Source: Acidimicrobiales bacterium
GTDB lineage: Bacteria > Actinomycetota > Acidimicrobiia > Acidimicrobiales > Bog-793
Reading direction: 5' to 3'
Assembly: GCA_050015255.1 (NCBI GenBank)
Contig: JBEKBT010000002.1
Coordinates: 13,545 to 77,544, forward strand
DNA: 64,000 nt
Shown here: positions 1 through 7,777 of the stretch, one piece after another
How the letters are laid out: each line of letters opens with the position of its first letter
Position numbering within the stretch: the stretch's first letter is position 1
Notes under the pieces: generated by a model
What the model saw: only the letters and a program-made list of their open reading frames with translations
Databases searched by the model: none
What the model was told of the DNA's origin: nothing
Translations under genes and position numbers: made by a program

Positions 1-700
1 ACGCCGGGGCGCGAGACGATGGCAGCTTCCGGGGCGTTCCGGCGTCCGATGACGGTGACGAGGGGCGGCAGCACCACGGAAGCGTCTTCGGGGTCCACGC
101 CGGTGAGCTCCCCGAGATAGGCCGCCACCGGTCCCGGCCCCGCGCCTGCGGGCGCCTCAGCCCAGGCGTCGACGAGCTCGAGGCCGACCTCGCGGACCAG
201 CCCGGGCAAGAGCGCGCCCACGTCGGGGTGGCGAGCTTCCGGCATCGACATCGGAGCTCCGTCGATCCGTCCTGCCGAGGTGATGGGCTCCTGGGCGAGA
301 AGAAAGCCGCCCGGGCGCAACGCCAGGGCCATCCGGACGAGGACCGAGCGGGGCTCCAAGACGTGCAGCAGCAAGAAACGGCAGTAGGCAAGGTCCACGC
401 TCTCGGGCAACGCCAGGTCCTCTCCGGCCTGGGTGATGGCCACGACCTGCGCTTCTCCGGCGGCGGCCGCGGCTGTGGCCACCGCGTCGCGCGCACGCGG
501 GTCGCTGTCGACGGCATACACGCGTCCCTCGCGCCCGACGAGCTCAGCCAAGGCGACAGATACGTCCCCAGCTCCCGCCCCGACGTCCGCGCAGCGCCAT
601 CCGGCCTGGAGACCAAGGCGCTCGAGGGCGGTCGCGAGGGGTCGCCGGTAGATGTCGTTGCGCAACCCGAGCTCGGCCACCGCGACGACGGTACCCGGCA
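1..700 (-). CDS. class I SAM-dependent methyltransferase (3' end runs off the window edge)
   Basis: Not in the ORF track because it is open to position 1. My own minus-strand translation from GTG at 700 gives VPGTVVAVAELGLRNDIYRRPLATALERLGLQAGWRCADVGAGAGDVSVALAELVGREGRVYAVDSD...LRPGGFLL. DVGAGAGD is SAM motif I. The start codon is uncertain. Confidence 0.6.
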
Positions 701-752
701 CAGCGGATCGACGATTGCGTGCCGGGCTACGGTTGGCTCCGTGCGTGTGACC

Positions 753-1178
753 ATGATGCTCTGTGACGCGGCGCAAGTGGCGGACGGGAAGCTCTTCATC
801 CTCGGCGGGGGTTGGAGCCTCATAGGGCCGGACCCGATGCCGTCCGCGATCGCCATAAAGGTGGATGTGGGCTGGCACGAGGCGGGGCAACCCCATCACT
901 GGGAGCTTTTCCTCGTCGACGAGGACGGGCGCTCCGTCGTCGTCGAGGGCGCGGACGGTCCTCAGCCGATCGAGGTCCGAGGTGACTTCGAGGTCGGGCG
1001 GCCCGAAGGAGTGCCGGAGGGAAGCCCGGTAGACGTTGCCCTCGCAGTCAACTTCAGCCCTCTGCCGCTCGCCCACAACACGCGTTTCACCTGGCGCCTC
1101 ACCATCGACGGGAACAGCGATGATGACTGGCAGCTGGCCTTTTCGACCAGGCCGCCACACGAGCAGCCGGACCAATGA
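753..1178 (+). CDS. hypothetical protein (~141 aa)
   Basis: This is the C-terminal part of track ORF 228..1178, starting at ATG 753 (MMLCDAAQVADGKLFILGGGWSLIG...). The upstream part of that ORF is antisense to the methyltransferase and is rejected. I could not assign a family with confidence. Confidence 0.5.
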   Translation: MMLCDAAQVADGKLFILGGGWSLIGPDPMPSAIAIKVDVGWHEAGQPHHWELFLVDEDGRSVVVEGADGPQPIEVRGDFEVGRPEGVPEGSPVDVALAVNFSPLPLAHNTRFTWRLTIDGNSDDDWQLAFSTRPPHEQPDQ

Positions 1179-1239
1179 CCACCTATGAGAGACCCTTCGG
1201 TCCTGGCGCGGAGGGCGAACCAGACAAGGAGGGCGACCG

Positions 1240-1791
1240 TTGACGAAAGTGGAAGCCTCGACGGTGATAGCGGACGTCATGATCGTCACCCCCGACGTCT
1301 TTGGCGACAGCAGGGGCAGGTTCATCGAGACATACCGGCGCAGCTGGTTCCCCCTCGGGCGGGAAATGGTTCAGGGAAATCGCTCGGACCGCCAGCAAGG
1401 GGCGCTCGTCGGGCTTCACTACCACTTTCACCAGGCCGACTACTGGTACGTGACAAGGGGCCGGGCCCGGGTCGTCTTGCACGACCTCCGGATCGGCTCA
1501 CCGACCGACGGTGCGACCGAGATCCTGGAGATCGGTGAGCACGACGATCGTGGGGTGTACATCCCTCCTGGCGTGGGGCACGGCTTCGCCGCAGTCACGG
1601 ACCTGACGCTCACTTACCTCGTGGACGCGTACTACAACCCCGCCGACGAGCTGGGCGTCGCCTGGGACGACCCGGAGCTCGAAGCGGACTGGGGCGTCGC
1701 CGACCCGGTCGTGTCAGCACGGGACCGCGCGAACCCGCGCCGTGCGGAGATCCCGGACCATCTCCGCCCGCGTTACGGCCTGAGAGTCTGA
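1240..1791 (+). CDS. rmlC: dTDP-4-dehydrorhamnose 3,5-epimerase
   Basis: 183 aa with cupin-type RmlC signatures: PDVFGDSRGRFIETY, GLHYHFHQADYWYV, PPGVGHGF. Confidence 0.9.
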   Translation: MTKVEASTVIADVMIVTPDVFGDSRGRFIETYRRSWFPLGREMVQGNRSDRQQGALVGLHYHFHQADYWYVTRGRARVVLHDLRIGSPTDGATEILEIGEHDDRGVYIPPGVGHGFAAVTDLTLTYLVDAYYNPADELGVAWDDPELEADWGVADPVVSARDRANPRRAEIPDHLRPRYGLRV

Positions 1792-1875
1792 GGGACCGTC
1801 TCAGCGCCCGCGGTGCCATGGCCTCGGCCTTCGGCTTGAATGGAGACTAAGTAGCCATTCGAGGAGCTGCGGGTC

Positions 1876-2919
1876 GTGATCGCTGTCGTAATTGTCGTCC
1901 TCGCGGTGCTCGTCATCGCCGCGGTCGTCTGGGCTCGCGTTAGTGCGGCCAGGTCCGAGCACAAGTCGGTCGAGACCTACGAACACGCTCTCGGCGTGCT
2001 CGGAGAGGTCTCGAAACGCACCGAGTCCACCGGGTTCCGCATCCTCCCCCATGAGGAGACGGGCCGGCCCCATGTCGGCAGGCCGATCGACCCGGCAGGC
2101 GGCGAGGCAGCCGAGGGTCGCAAGGAAGGCAGCTCGGGTGGGCAGGGCCCCTTGGTTTCGAGGCGGCTGCCACCGGCTGGCCAGCCGAAGCTCCGGTTCT
2201 CCGGGCCGACGCGCCCGGCGGACCGTTCGCCGGCAGCAAGTGAGGAGGCCGGTGAAGACGCCGACCTGGAAGCCGGAGCGCTGGCGGCGCGAACGGCGAC
2301 TGCCGGTGCTCGTCCTCATCTGCCCTCGCCCCACGGGCAAGCGTCCGGGACGGCCGAGGCGCGCGCTCGTAGCGCGGCCTACAGGTCGACGTTTGAGCGC
2401 CGCCGGCAGGTAATGGCGCGACGGGCCGCGACCGGCGTGGCCGCCGCCGCCGCCGTCGTGGCGGTCGTCGTTGCGGGGCTCTACTTGAGCGGCAGCGGTG
2501 GTACGCCGAGCAGCCGTGGTGGGCATGGCGCAGCGTCCGTGACCGGCACGACCGCGCACCACTCAGGTGGCGGGCGCACCAAGACGACCTCGACCACCAC
2601 GACGAAGTTGCCGACGAGCCTGCGGCCCACCTCTGTGTCGCCGGTCACCTTCACGGTGCCCTCGAGGGAATACACGCTGGCTTTCCAGGCGACGGGGGGA
2701 CGCTGCTGGGTAGGGATCGAGCACACCACGGCGGGCCCGTGGCTCTTCGCCCAGACCCTGGCCGCTGGGCGGTCGGTGACCTTCAAGGGATCGGGCACGC
2801 TCATAGTCAGGCTCGGTGCCCCGCCCTACATAGCTCTGACGGTCAACGGGCTCGCGGCGAAGCTCCCCAGCGGAGTCACGGCGGCCTACAGCGTCGAGCT
2901 CACGCCTGCCTCGGCCTGA
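1876..2919 (+). CDS. membrane protein with RodZ-like C-terminal (DUF4115-type) domain
   Basis: 347 aa. N-terminal TM helix (IAVVIVVLAVLVIAAVVWA), a second TM helix (GVAAAAAVVAVVVAGLYL), a Ser/Thr/Gly linker, and a C-terminal beta domain (YTLAFQATGGRCWVGIEH...VTFKGSGTLIVRLGAPPYIALTVNG). Confidence 0.7.
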   Translation: MIAVVIVVLAVLVIAAVVWARVSAARSEHKSVETYEHALGVLGEVSKRTESTGFRILPHEETGRPHVGRPIDPAGGEAAEGRKEGSSGGQGPLVSRRLPPAGQPKLRFSGPTRPADRSPAASEEAGEDADLEAGALAARTATAGARPHLPSPHGQASGTAEARARSAAYRSTFERRRQVMARRAATGVAAAAAVVAVVVAGLYLSGSGGTPSSRGGHGAASVTGTTAHHSGGGRTKTTSTTTTKLPTSLRPTSVSPVTFTVPSREYTLAFQATGGRCWVGIEHTTAGPWLFAQTLAAGRSVTFKGSGTLIVRLGAPPYIALTVNGLAAKLPSGVTAAYSVELTPASA

Positions 2920-3029
2920 GCCCGCCTCGGCCTCGGCCTGCGCCCGCCTCGGCCTCGGCCTGAGCCCGCCTGGGCCTCGGCCTCGGCCTGCCTGGGCCTC
3001 GGCCTCGGCCTGCAGCTGCCTGGGCCCAG
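2904..3029. repeat. GC-rich hexamer/22-mer tandem array (GCCTCG/GCCTGG units) beginning in the last codons of the RodZ-like gene
   Basis: Read directly: ...gcctgcctcggccTGA gcccgcctcggcctcggcctgc gcccgcctcggcctcggccTGA gcccgcctgggcctcggcctcggcctgc ctgggcctcggcctcggcctgc agctgcctgggcccagg. Confidence 0.9.
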
Positions 3030-3151
3030 GCACCGGTCCCGGTCTGGCTGAGCATTGCGGAGCCCCGCAGCGGCGAACGACGAGTGCGCTCGTCGGCCCC
3101 GTAGTTGTTACTATGTGCGTAGGAGAAACTCTCCCTCGAGAGGAACGCGTT

Positions 3152-4552
3152 ATGGCCATCACGGAGCTCGATCTCGGCAAGTACCAGCTCGGCTGGAGTG
3201 ACGTCGAGGACTACGTCTTCAAGCCGCGCAAGGGACTCTCAGAAGAGATCGTCCGGGAGATGTCGGCCATGAAGGGCGAGCCGAGCTGGATGCTCGAGTT
3301 CCGGCTGGCTTCCCTGCGCCGCTTCGAGCGCAAGCCGATGATGCGCTGGTTTGCGGAAAAGATGCCCGACCTGGACTTTGACGACATCTACTACTACATC
3401 AAGCCCACCGATGCCCAGGTCAACGACTGGGACAAGCTGCCCGAGTCGGTAAAGAGCACCTGGGACAAGCTCGGCATCCCGCAGGCGGAGCGCAAGTACC
3501 TGGCCGGCGTCACGGCTCAGTACGAGTCCGAGGTCGTGTACCACCGCAATCGCGAGGACCTCGAGCACATGGGCGTGCTCTTCACCGACATGGACACCGC
3601 TGTCCGCGAGCATCCTGAGATCGTTCGCAAGTGGTTCGGCAAGATCATCCCTCCCGGTGACAACAAGTTCGCAGCCCTGAACTCGGCCGTCTGGTCGGGG
3701 GGCTCTTTCATATACGTGCCGCCAGGCGTGACCGTCGACATGCCCCTGCAGGCGTACTTCCGCATCAATGCCGAGAACATGGGTCAGTTCGAGCGGACGT
3801 TGATCATCGCCGACGAGGGTGCGCAGGTGCATTACGTCGAGGGTTGCTCGGCGCCCGTCTACTCGTCGGACTCGCTGCACTCGGCCGTCGTCGAACTCGT
3901 GGCGCTCCCGGGCAGCCGTATCACCTACACCACGATCCAGAACTGGTCCACGAACGTCTACAACCTCGTCACCAAGCGGGCTCGGGCCGAGGCCGAGGCC
4001 CACGTCGAGTGGATCGACGGCAACATCGGCTCGCGGCTCACCATGAAGTACCCGTCTGTGTACCTGATGGGGCCCAAGGCTTCTGGTGAGGTCCTCTCCG
4101 TTGCCTACGCGGGGGCGGGTCAGATCCTCGACACCGGAGCAAAGATGTTCCACTGCGCTCCCGAGACGAGCTCGACCATCGTCTCGAAGTCGATCTCGAA
4201 GGACGGCGGCCTTGCCGCCTACCGCGGGAAGGTGCATGTCGACGAAGGTGCCCGTAAGGCGAAGTCATTCGTCCGCTGCGATGCGCTGATCCTCGACGAG
4301 AACTCGATCTCGGAGACCAAGCCGTACATGGAGGTCTCAGAGCGTGATGCCGAGATCGGTCACGAGGCAACCGTGTCCAAGATCGGCGACGACCAGCTCT
4401 TCTACCTGATGAGCCGTGGCCTCAGCGAGACACAGGCAATGGGCATGATCGTGAACGGCTTCATCGAGCCGATCACTCGCACACTGCCGATGGAGTACGC
4501 GGTCGAATGGAGCCGGCTGATCGAGCTCCAGATGGACGGCTCGGTCGGCTGA
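3152..4552 (+). CDS. sufB: Fe-S cluster assembly protein SufB
   Basis: Track ORF 3113..4552. MAITELDLGKYQLGWSD... from ATG 3152 shows full-length SufB-like sequence (FRINAENMGQFERTLIIADEGAQVHYVEGCSAP, FYLMSRGL). A TACTAT -10-like hexamer lies at 3109-3114. Confidence 0.95.
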   Translation: MAITELDLGKYQLGWSDVEDYVFKPRKGLSEEIVREMSAMKGEPSWMLEFRLASLRRFERKPMMRWFAEKMPDLDFDDIYYYIKPTDAQVNDWDKLPESVKSTWDKLGIPQAERKYLAGVTAQYESEVVYHRNREDLEHMGVLFTDMDTAVREHPEIVRKWFGKIIPPGDNKFAALNSAVWSGGSFIYVPPGVTVDMPLQAYFRINAENMGQFERTLIIADEGAQVHYVEGCSAPVYSSDSLHSAVVELVALPGSRITYTTIQNWSTNVYNLVTKRARAEAEAHVEWIDGNIGSRLTMKYPSVYLMGPKASGEVLSVAYAGAGQILDTGAKMFHCAPETSSTIVSKSISKDGGLAAYRGKVHVDEGARKAKSFVRCDALILDENSISETKPYMEVSERDAEIGHEATVSKIGDDQLFYLMSRGLSETQAMGMIVNGFIEPITRTLPMEYAVEWSRLIELQMDGSVG

Positions 4553-4628
4553 GTGCCACACCCGCAGCTAGTGGGGGTCGGGCGGGCCTGTGCGCGCTTC
4601 GCGGGTTTCCGAGGTAGCGTCCATCGTC

Positions 4629-5009
4629 ATGCCCATGCGGGAAGACTGTCGCCACTACCAGAGCCGCACCTACGCGAGTGGCGAGGTGGCCAGGTTCTGC
4701 GTGCTGGACATGGCCCCGGACGCGCCGTGGCGCTGCCCGGAGAACTGCCCGGTCTACGAGCGGCGGCTTGCGGACGCCGGGTGGACCCAGGCCAAGGTCA
4801 CCGAGCCCGCCCTGGAGCAGGAGCCGGCCGACGTGTCCGCTGCGGACGCCGCCGATCTGCTCGAGGATGCCGAGGAGATCGTCTCTGCGGTGGCGCCCGA
4901 GGCCCTCGCCGAAGCCGCGGAGCGCGAGCGCAAGGAGGAGCGACGCTCCGGCGCGAGCGGCCCGCGTCGCTGGTTCAAGCGCCGGGGTCCTCCGCCGCCC
5001 AGCCCGTAA
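4629..5009 (+). CDS. small Cys4 protein of unknown function inside the suf operon
   Basis: Track ORF 4590..5009. MPMREDCRHYQSRTYASGEVARFCVLDMAPDAPWRCPENCPVYERR has C-x16-C-x11-C-x3-C spacing, followed by an acidic/basic low-complexity tail. Same strand, between sufB and sufD. The start is uncertain (4590/4629/4635). Confidence 0.55.
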   Translation: MPMREDCRHYQSRTYASGEVARFCVLDMAPDAPWRCPENCPVYERRLADAGWTQAKVTEPALEQEPADVSAADAADLLEDAEEIVSAVAPEALAEAAERERKEERRSGASGPRRWFKRRGPPPPSP

Positions 5010-5041
5010 CGGGCATCCTGTAACGTCCTGACCTGATCACG

Positions 5042-6397
5042 ATGCAGTCATCCGTTTCTTTCACCGCTGACGTCGCGCGGAGCCTCGGCGGCCCGGAATG
5101 GATCTCCGAGCGGCGACTCGGCGCATTGGAGCGGTTCCGTGCGAGCCCGCCCCCGGCGCTGGACGAGGATCTCTGGCGGTACAGCCGGATCGCCGACCTC
5201 GACCTAGATCAGTACGTGCCGAGCGGCTCTGCCGCCGTTGCCAAGCTGCGGCCGGCGCTCCAGGCCGAAGCCTGGCCGCAGTCGGCTGCCCTGCTGGAGC
5301 ACGTGGGCGAGCGTTCCGGGCTCGCCGTGGTCGTCGACGGCGTCCCGGTCTCCTGCGAGCTGTCCGCCGCCGCGTCCGCCGCCGGGGCCGTCCTCGGTAG
5401 CGTCTTTGCTGACGCGCGTGGCCCGGCCGTACTGGACCAGGTGGCGAAGCTGAATGCCGAGACCGGTAAGGAAGAGCACGAGCCGGACGTCTTCGACCAT
5501 CTTGCCGACGCCTTCCTTCGTGACGCCCTCGTGCTGTCGGTTCCCCCTCGGGCGCGCATCGAGCACCCGATCGTCGTCGTGCACCTGCTCGGCTCGCGCC
5601 AGGCCTCCGAGGCGAGCGCCCTGGCCGTCTTCGAACGCACTGTGATCGAGCTCGGCGAGGCGGCCGAAGCGACCGTGATCGAGCTGTTCGTCTCCGGAGA
5701 GGACCCGCTCCTCGTCGTGCCGATAGTCGACCTTTTCGTAGGGGACGCAGCCGTCCTGTCCTACAACGCCATCCAGCAGCTCGGTGAGCGCGCTTGGCAG
5801 ATCGGCCATCAACGGATCCGTGCTGGCCGCGACGCCACGGTCCGCACCTTCACGGCGTCGCTCGGCGCCGAGTACGCGCGCTTTCGCACCGAATCGGTCC
5901 TGGCGGGCCAGGGAGGCAGCGCGGAGCTGCTGGCCGCCTACCTCGGCGACGGCTCACAGGTGCACGACTTCCGCACGCTGCAGGAGCACGGGGCGCCACG
6001 CACGACGAGCGACCTCGTGTTCAAGGGCGCTGTCGCAGGCACGGCCCGTTCGGTCTACTCGGGGCTGATCAGGATGCGGCACGGAGCCAGGGGCGCCGAC
6101 GCCTTCCAGACGAACCGGAACCTCGTCCTGAGCGAGGGGGCTCACGCGGACTCGGTCCCGAATCTCGACATCGAGGAGAACGACGTGCGGTGCTCGCACG
6201 CCTCAGCCGTCGGCCCGATCGACCGTGAGCAACGTTTCTACCTCGAGGCACGCGGCGTTCCCCCGGCAGTCGCGGAGCGGCTGATCCTGTTGGGCTTTTT
6301 CGACGACCTCTGGGCGCGTATCGCAGCACCGGGCATCCGCGCCCATCTCGTTGCCGCAGTCGCCGCACGTCTGGACGGTGTCACCAGTGGGGGTTGA
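5042..6397 (+). CDS. sufD: Fe-S cluster assembly protein SufD
   Basis: 451 aa. C-terminal SufBD beta-helix region (DLVFKGAVAGTARSVYSGLIRMRHGARGADAFQTNRNLVLSEGAHADSVPNLDIEENDVRCSHASAVGPIDREQRFYLEARG). Confidence 0.9.
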   Translation: MQSSVSFTADVARSLGGPEWISERRLGALERFRASPPPALDEDLWRYSRIADLDLDQYVPSGSAAVAKLRPALQAEAWPQSAALLEHVGERSGLAVVVDGVPVSCELSAAASAAGAVLGSVFADARGPAVLDQVAKLNAETGKEEHEPDVFDHLADAFLRDALVLSVPPRARIEHPIVVVHLLGSRQASEASALAVFERTVIELGEAAEATVIELFVSGEDPLLVVPIVDLFVGDAAVLSYNAIQQLGERAWQIGHQRIRAGRDATVRTFTASLGAEYARFRTESVLAGQGGSAELLAAYLGDGSQVHDFRTLQEHGAPRTTSDLVFKGAVAGTARSVYSGLIRMRHGARGADAFQTNRNLVLSEGAHADSVPNLDIEENDVRCSHASAVGPIDREQRFYLEARGVPPAVAERLILLGFFDDLWARIAAPGIRAHLVAAVAARLDGVTSGG

Positions 6398-6401
6398 TCA
6401 G

Positions 6402-6713
6402 GTGAGGGTCCGACTGTGCACGACCGGCGAGCTCGAGCTGGGACATGTTCGCCGTTTCGAGATCGAGACAGGCGCGATCGCGCTGGTTCACTGCGAGTCG
6501 GGGTTCCGGGCGCTCGTCGATGTCTGCAGCCACGAGGACTACCCGCTCTCGGAAGGCGAGGTCCTTGCCGAGGAGTGCGAGATCGAGTGCCTCCGGCACG
6601 GCAGCACCTTCTCCTTGCTGGACGGTTCGCCGCAGAGCCTGCCTGCCACCCAGCCTGTCAAGGTCATACCGATCGAGGTCGTCGGGGACGAGGTATTCGC
6701 GGTGATCACATGA
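6402..6713 (+). CDS. Rieske (2Fe-2S) domain protein, suf-associated
   Basis: Track ORF 6351..6713; GTG 6402 lies after a GGGGG SD-like run. Rieske motifs CSHEDYPLSEG ... CLRHGSTF. This position between sufD and sufC is typical of actinobacterial suf operons. Confidence 0.85.
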   Translation: MRVRLCTTGELELGHVRRFEIETGAIALVHCESGFRALVDVCSHEDYPLSEGEVLAEECEIECLRHGSTFSLLDGSPQSLPATQPVKVIPIEVVGDEVFAVIT

Positions 6714-7498
6714 GCGCGAGCGTGCTCAAGATCTCCGATCTTCACGCCGGAGTCGACTCCCGCGAGATCCTGCGGGGAATCGATCTCGAGGTGCGAAGTG
6801 GGGAGATCCATGCGGTCATGGGCCCGAACGGGTCCGGCAAGAGCACCCTCGCCCATGTGCTTATGGGCAGGCCCGGATACGAGGTGATGAGCGGGAGCGT
6901 GTCCCTCGACGGCGTCGAGCTTCTCGACCTCGCGCCTTTTCAACGCGCCCAGTCGGGGCTGTTTCTCACCTTCCAGTACCCGATCGAAGTGCCCGGGGTT
7001 CCGCTCGCGTCGGCGCTCGCCGAGTCTCTCATTGCCGCGGGCCGCGTCCTGGAAGCTGAGCCGGCGCCCCTGCGAGCCCGCCTTTTGGAGGAGGCAGCCG
7101 AGCTCGGGATCCCGTCCGAGATCCTGGCGCGCCCGATGAACGTCGACCTCTCCGGTGGCGAGGCCAAGAGGAACGAGACCCTCCAGCTCGCGATCTTGCG
7201 CCCACGAATCGCCATCTTGGATGAGCTCGACTCCGGGCTCGATGTCGATGCGCTCGGTCGAGTCGCAAGGCGCATCGAGCGGGCGACGCGCGAGGGTGAT
7301 CCTCCCCTTGGCGTGATTGCGATCACGCATTACCGGCGCCTGCTCGCAGAGCTGCCCGCGCAGCACGTCCACGTGCTGTCGGAGGGTCGCATCGTCGCGA
7401 GCGGGGGACCTGAACTCGCCGAGGAGCTCGAGCGGACCGGCTATGCCGCCTATCGGGAGGAGCCCGCGGCGCTCGAAGGGCGCGGTCGGCCGGTCTGA
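6710..7498 (+). CDS. sufC: Fe-S cluster assembly ATPase SufC
   Basis: In frame within track ORF 6416..7498. ATG 6710 overlaps the Rieske stop (ATGA). MSASVLKISDLHAGV..., Walker A GPNGSGKST, ABC signature LSGGEAKR, Walker B AILDELDSGLD. Confidence 0.95.
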   Translation: MSASVLKISDLHAGVDSREILRGIDLEVRSGEIHAVMGPNGSGKSTLAHVLMGRPGYEVMSGSVSLDGVELLDLAPFQRAQSGLFLTFQYPIEVPGVPLASALAESLIAAGRVLEAEPAPLRARLLEEAAELGIPSEILARPMNVDLSGGEAKRNETLQLAILRPRIAILDELDSGLDVDALGRVARRIERATREGDPPLGVIAITHYRRLLAELPAQHVHVLSEGRIVASGGPELAEELERTGYAAYREEPAALEGRGRPV

Positions 7499-7520
7499 CT
7501 GGCGGTCGGCCGGTCTAACT
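7481..7520. repeat. 20-nt imperfect tandem duplication spanning the sufC stop
   Basis: cgcggtcggccggtcTGAct (7481-7500) and ggcggtcggccggtcTAAct (7501-7520), 18/20 identical. The second copy abuts the stop of the convergent gene (7519-7521). Confidence 0.9.
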
Positions 7521-7755
7521 AGAGGTTCAGCACCGGGCAGGTCAAGGTCCGCGTGATGCCCTCGATGAGCTGCACCCGGCTGACGATGATCTTGCCGAGG
7601 TCGTCTACCGTTTCGGCCTCGGCCTCGGCTATGAAGTCGTAATGCCCGGTCACGTCCTCGGCACGCAGCACCCCGGAGATCTCTGCCACAAGCCATGCGA
7701 CCGTGGCGGCCTTGCCAACTTCTGTCTGGATGAGCACGTAGGCCCGAACTCCCAC
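7519..7755 (-). CDS. stand-alone Lrp/AsnC ligand-binding (RAM) domain protein, 78 aa
   Basis: C-terminal part of track ORF 7519..8028. GTG 7755 is preceded by GAGGAGG. VGVRAYVLIQTEVGKAATVAWLVAEISGVLRAEDVTGHYDFIAEAEAETVDDLGKIIVSRVQLIEGITRTLTCPVL has the RAM-domain pattern and no HTH. Confidence 0.8.
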   Translation of the reverse strand: MGVRAYVLIQTEVGKAATVAWLVAEISGVLRAEDVTGHYDFIAEAEAETVDDLGKIIVSRVQLIEGITRTLTCPVLNL

Positions 7756-7777
7756 TAGTGACCTCCTCGTCCTCGGT

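Noticed and set aside
228-752. N-terminal 175 codons of track ORF 228..1178
   Set aside because: This part is antisense to a methyltransferase with a clear SAM motif and looks non-protein-like (RHRHRSS..., RAQRQGHPDEDRAG). Only the part from ATG 753 reads like a real protein.
2904-3029. Possible CRISPR array
   Set aside because: The units are 6/22 nt with no unique spacers and no cas genes. It is a simple GC-rich minisatellite.
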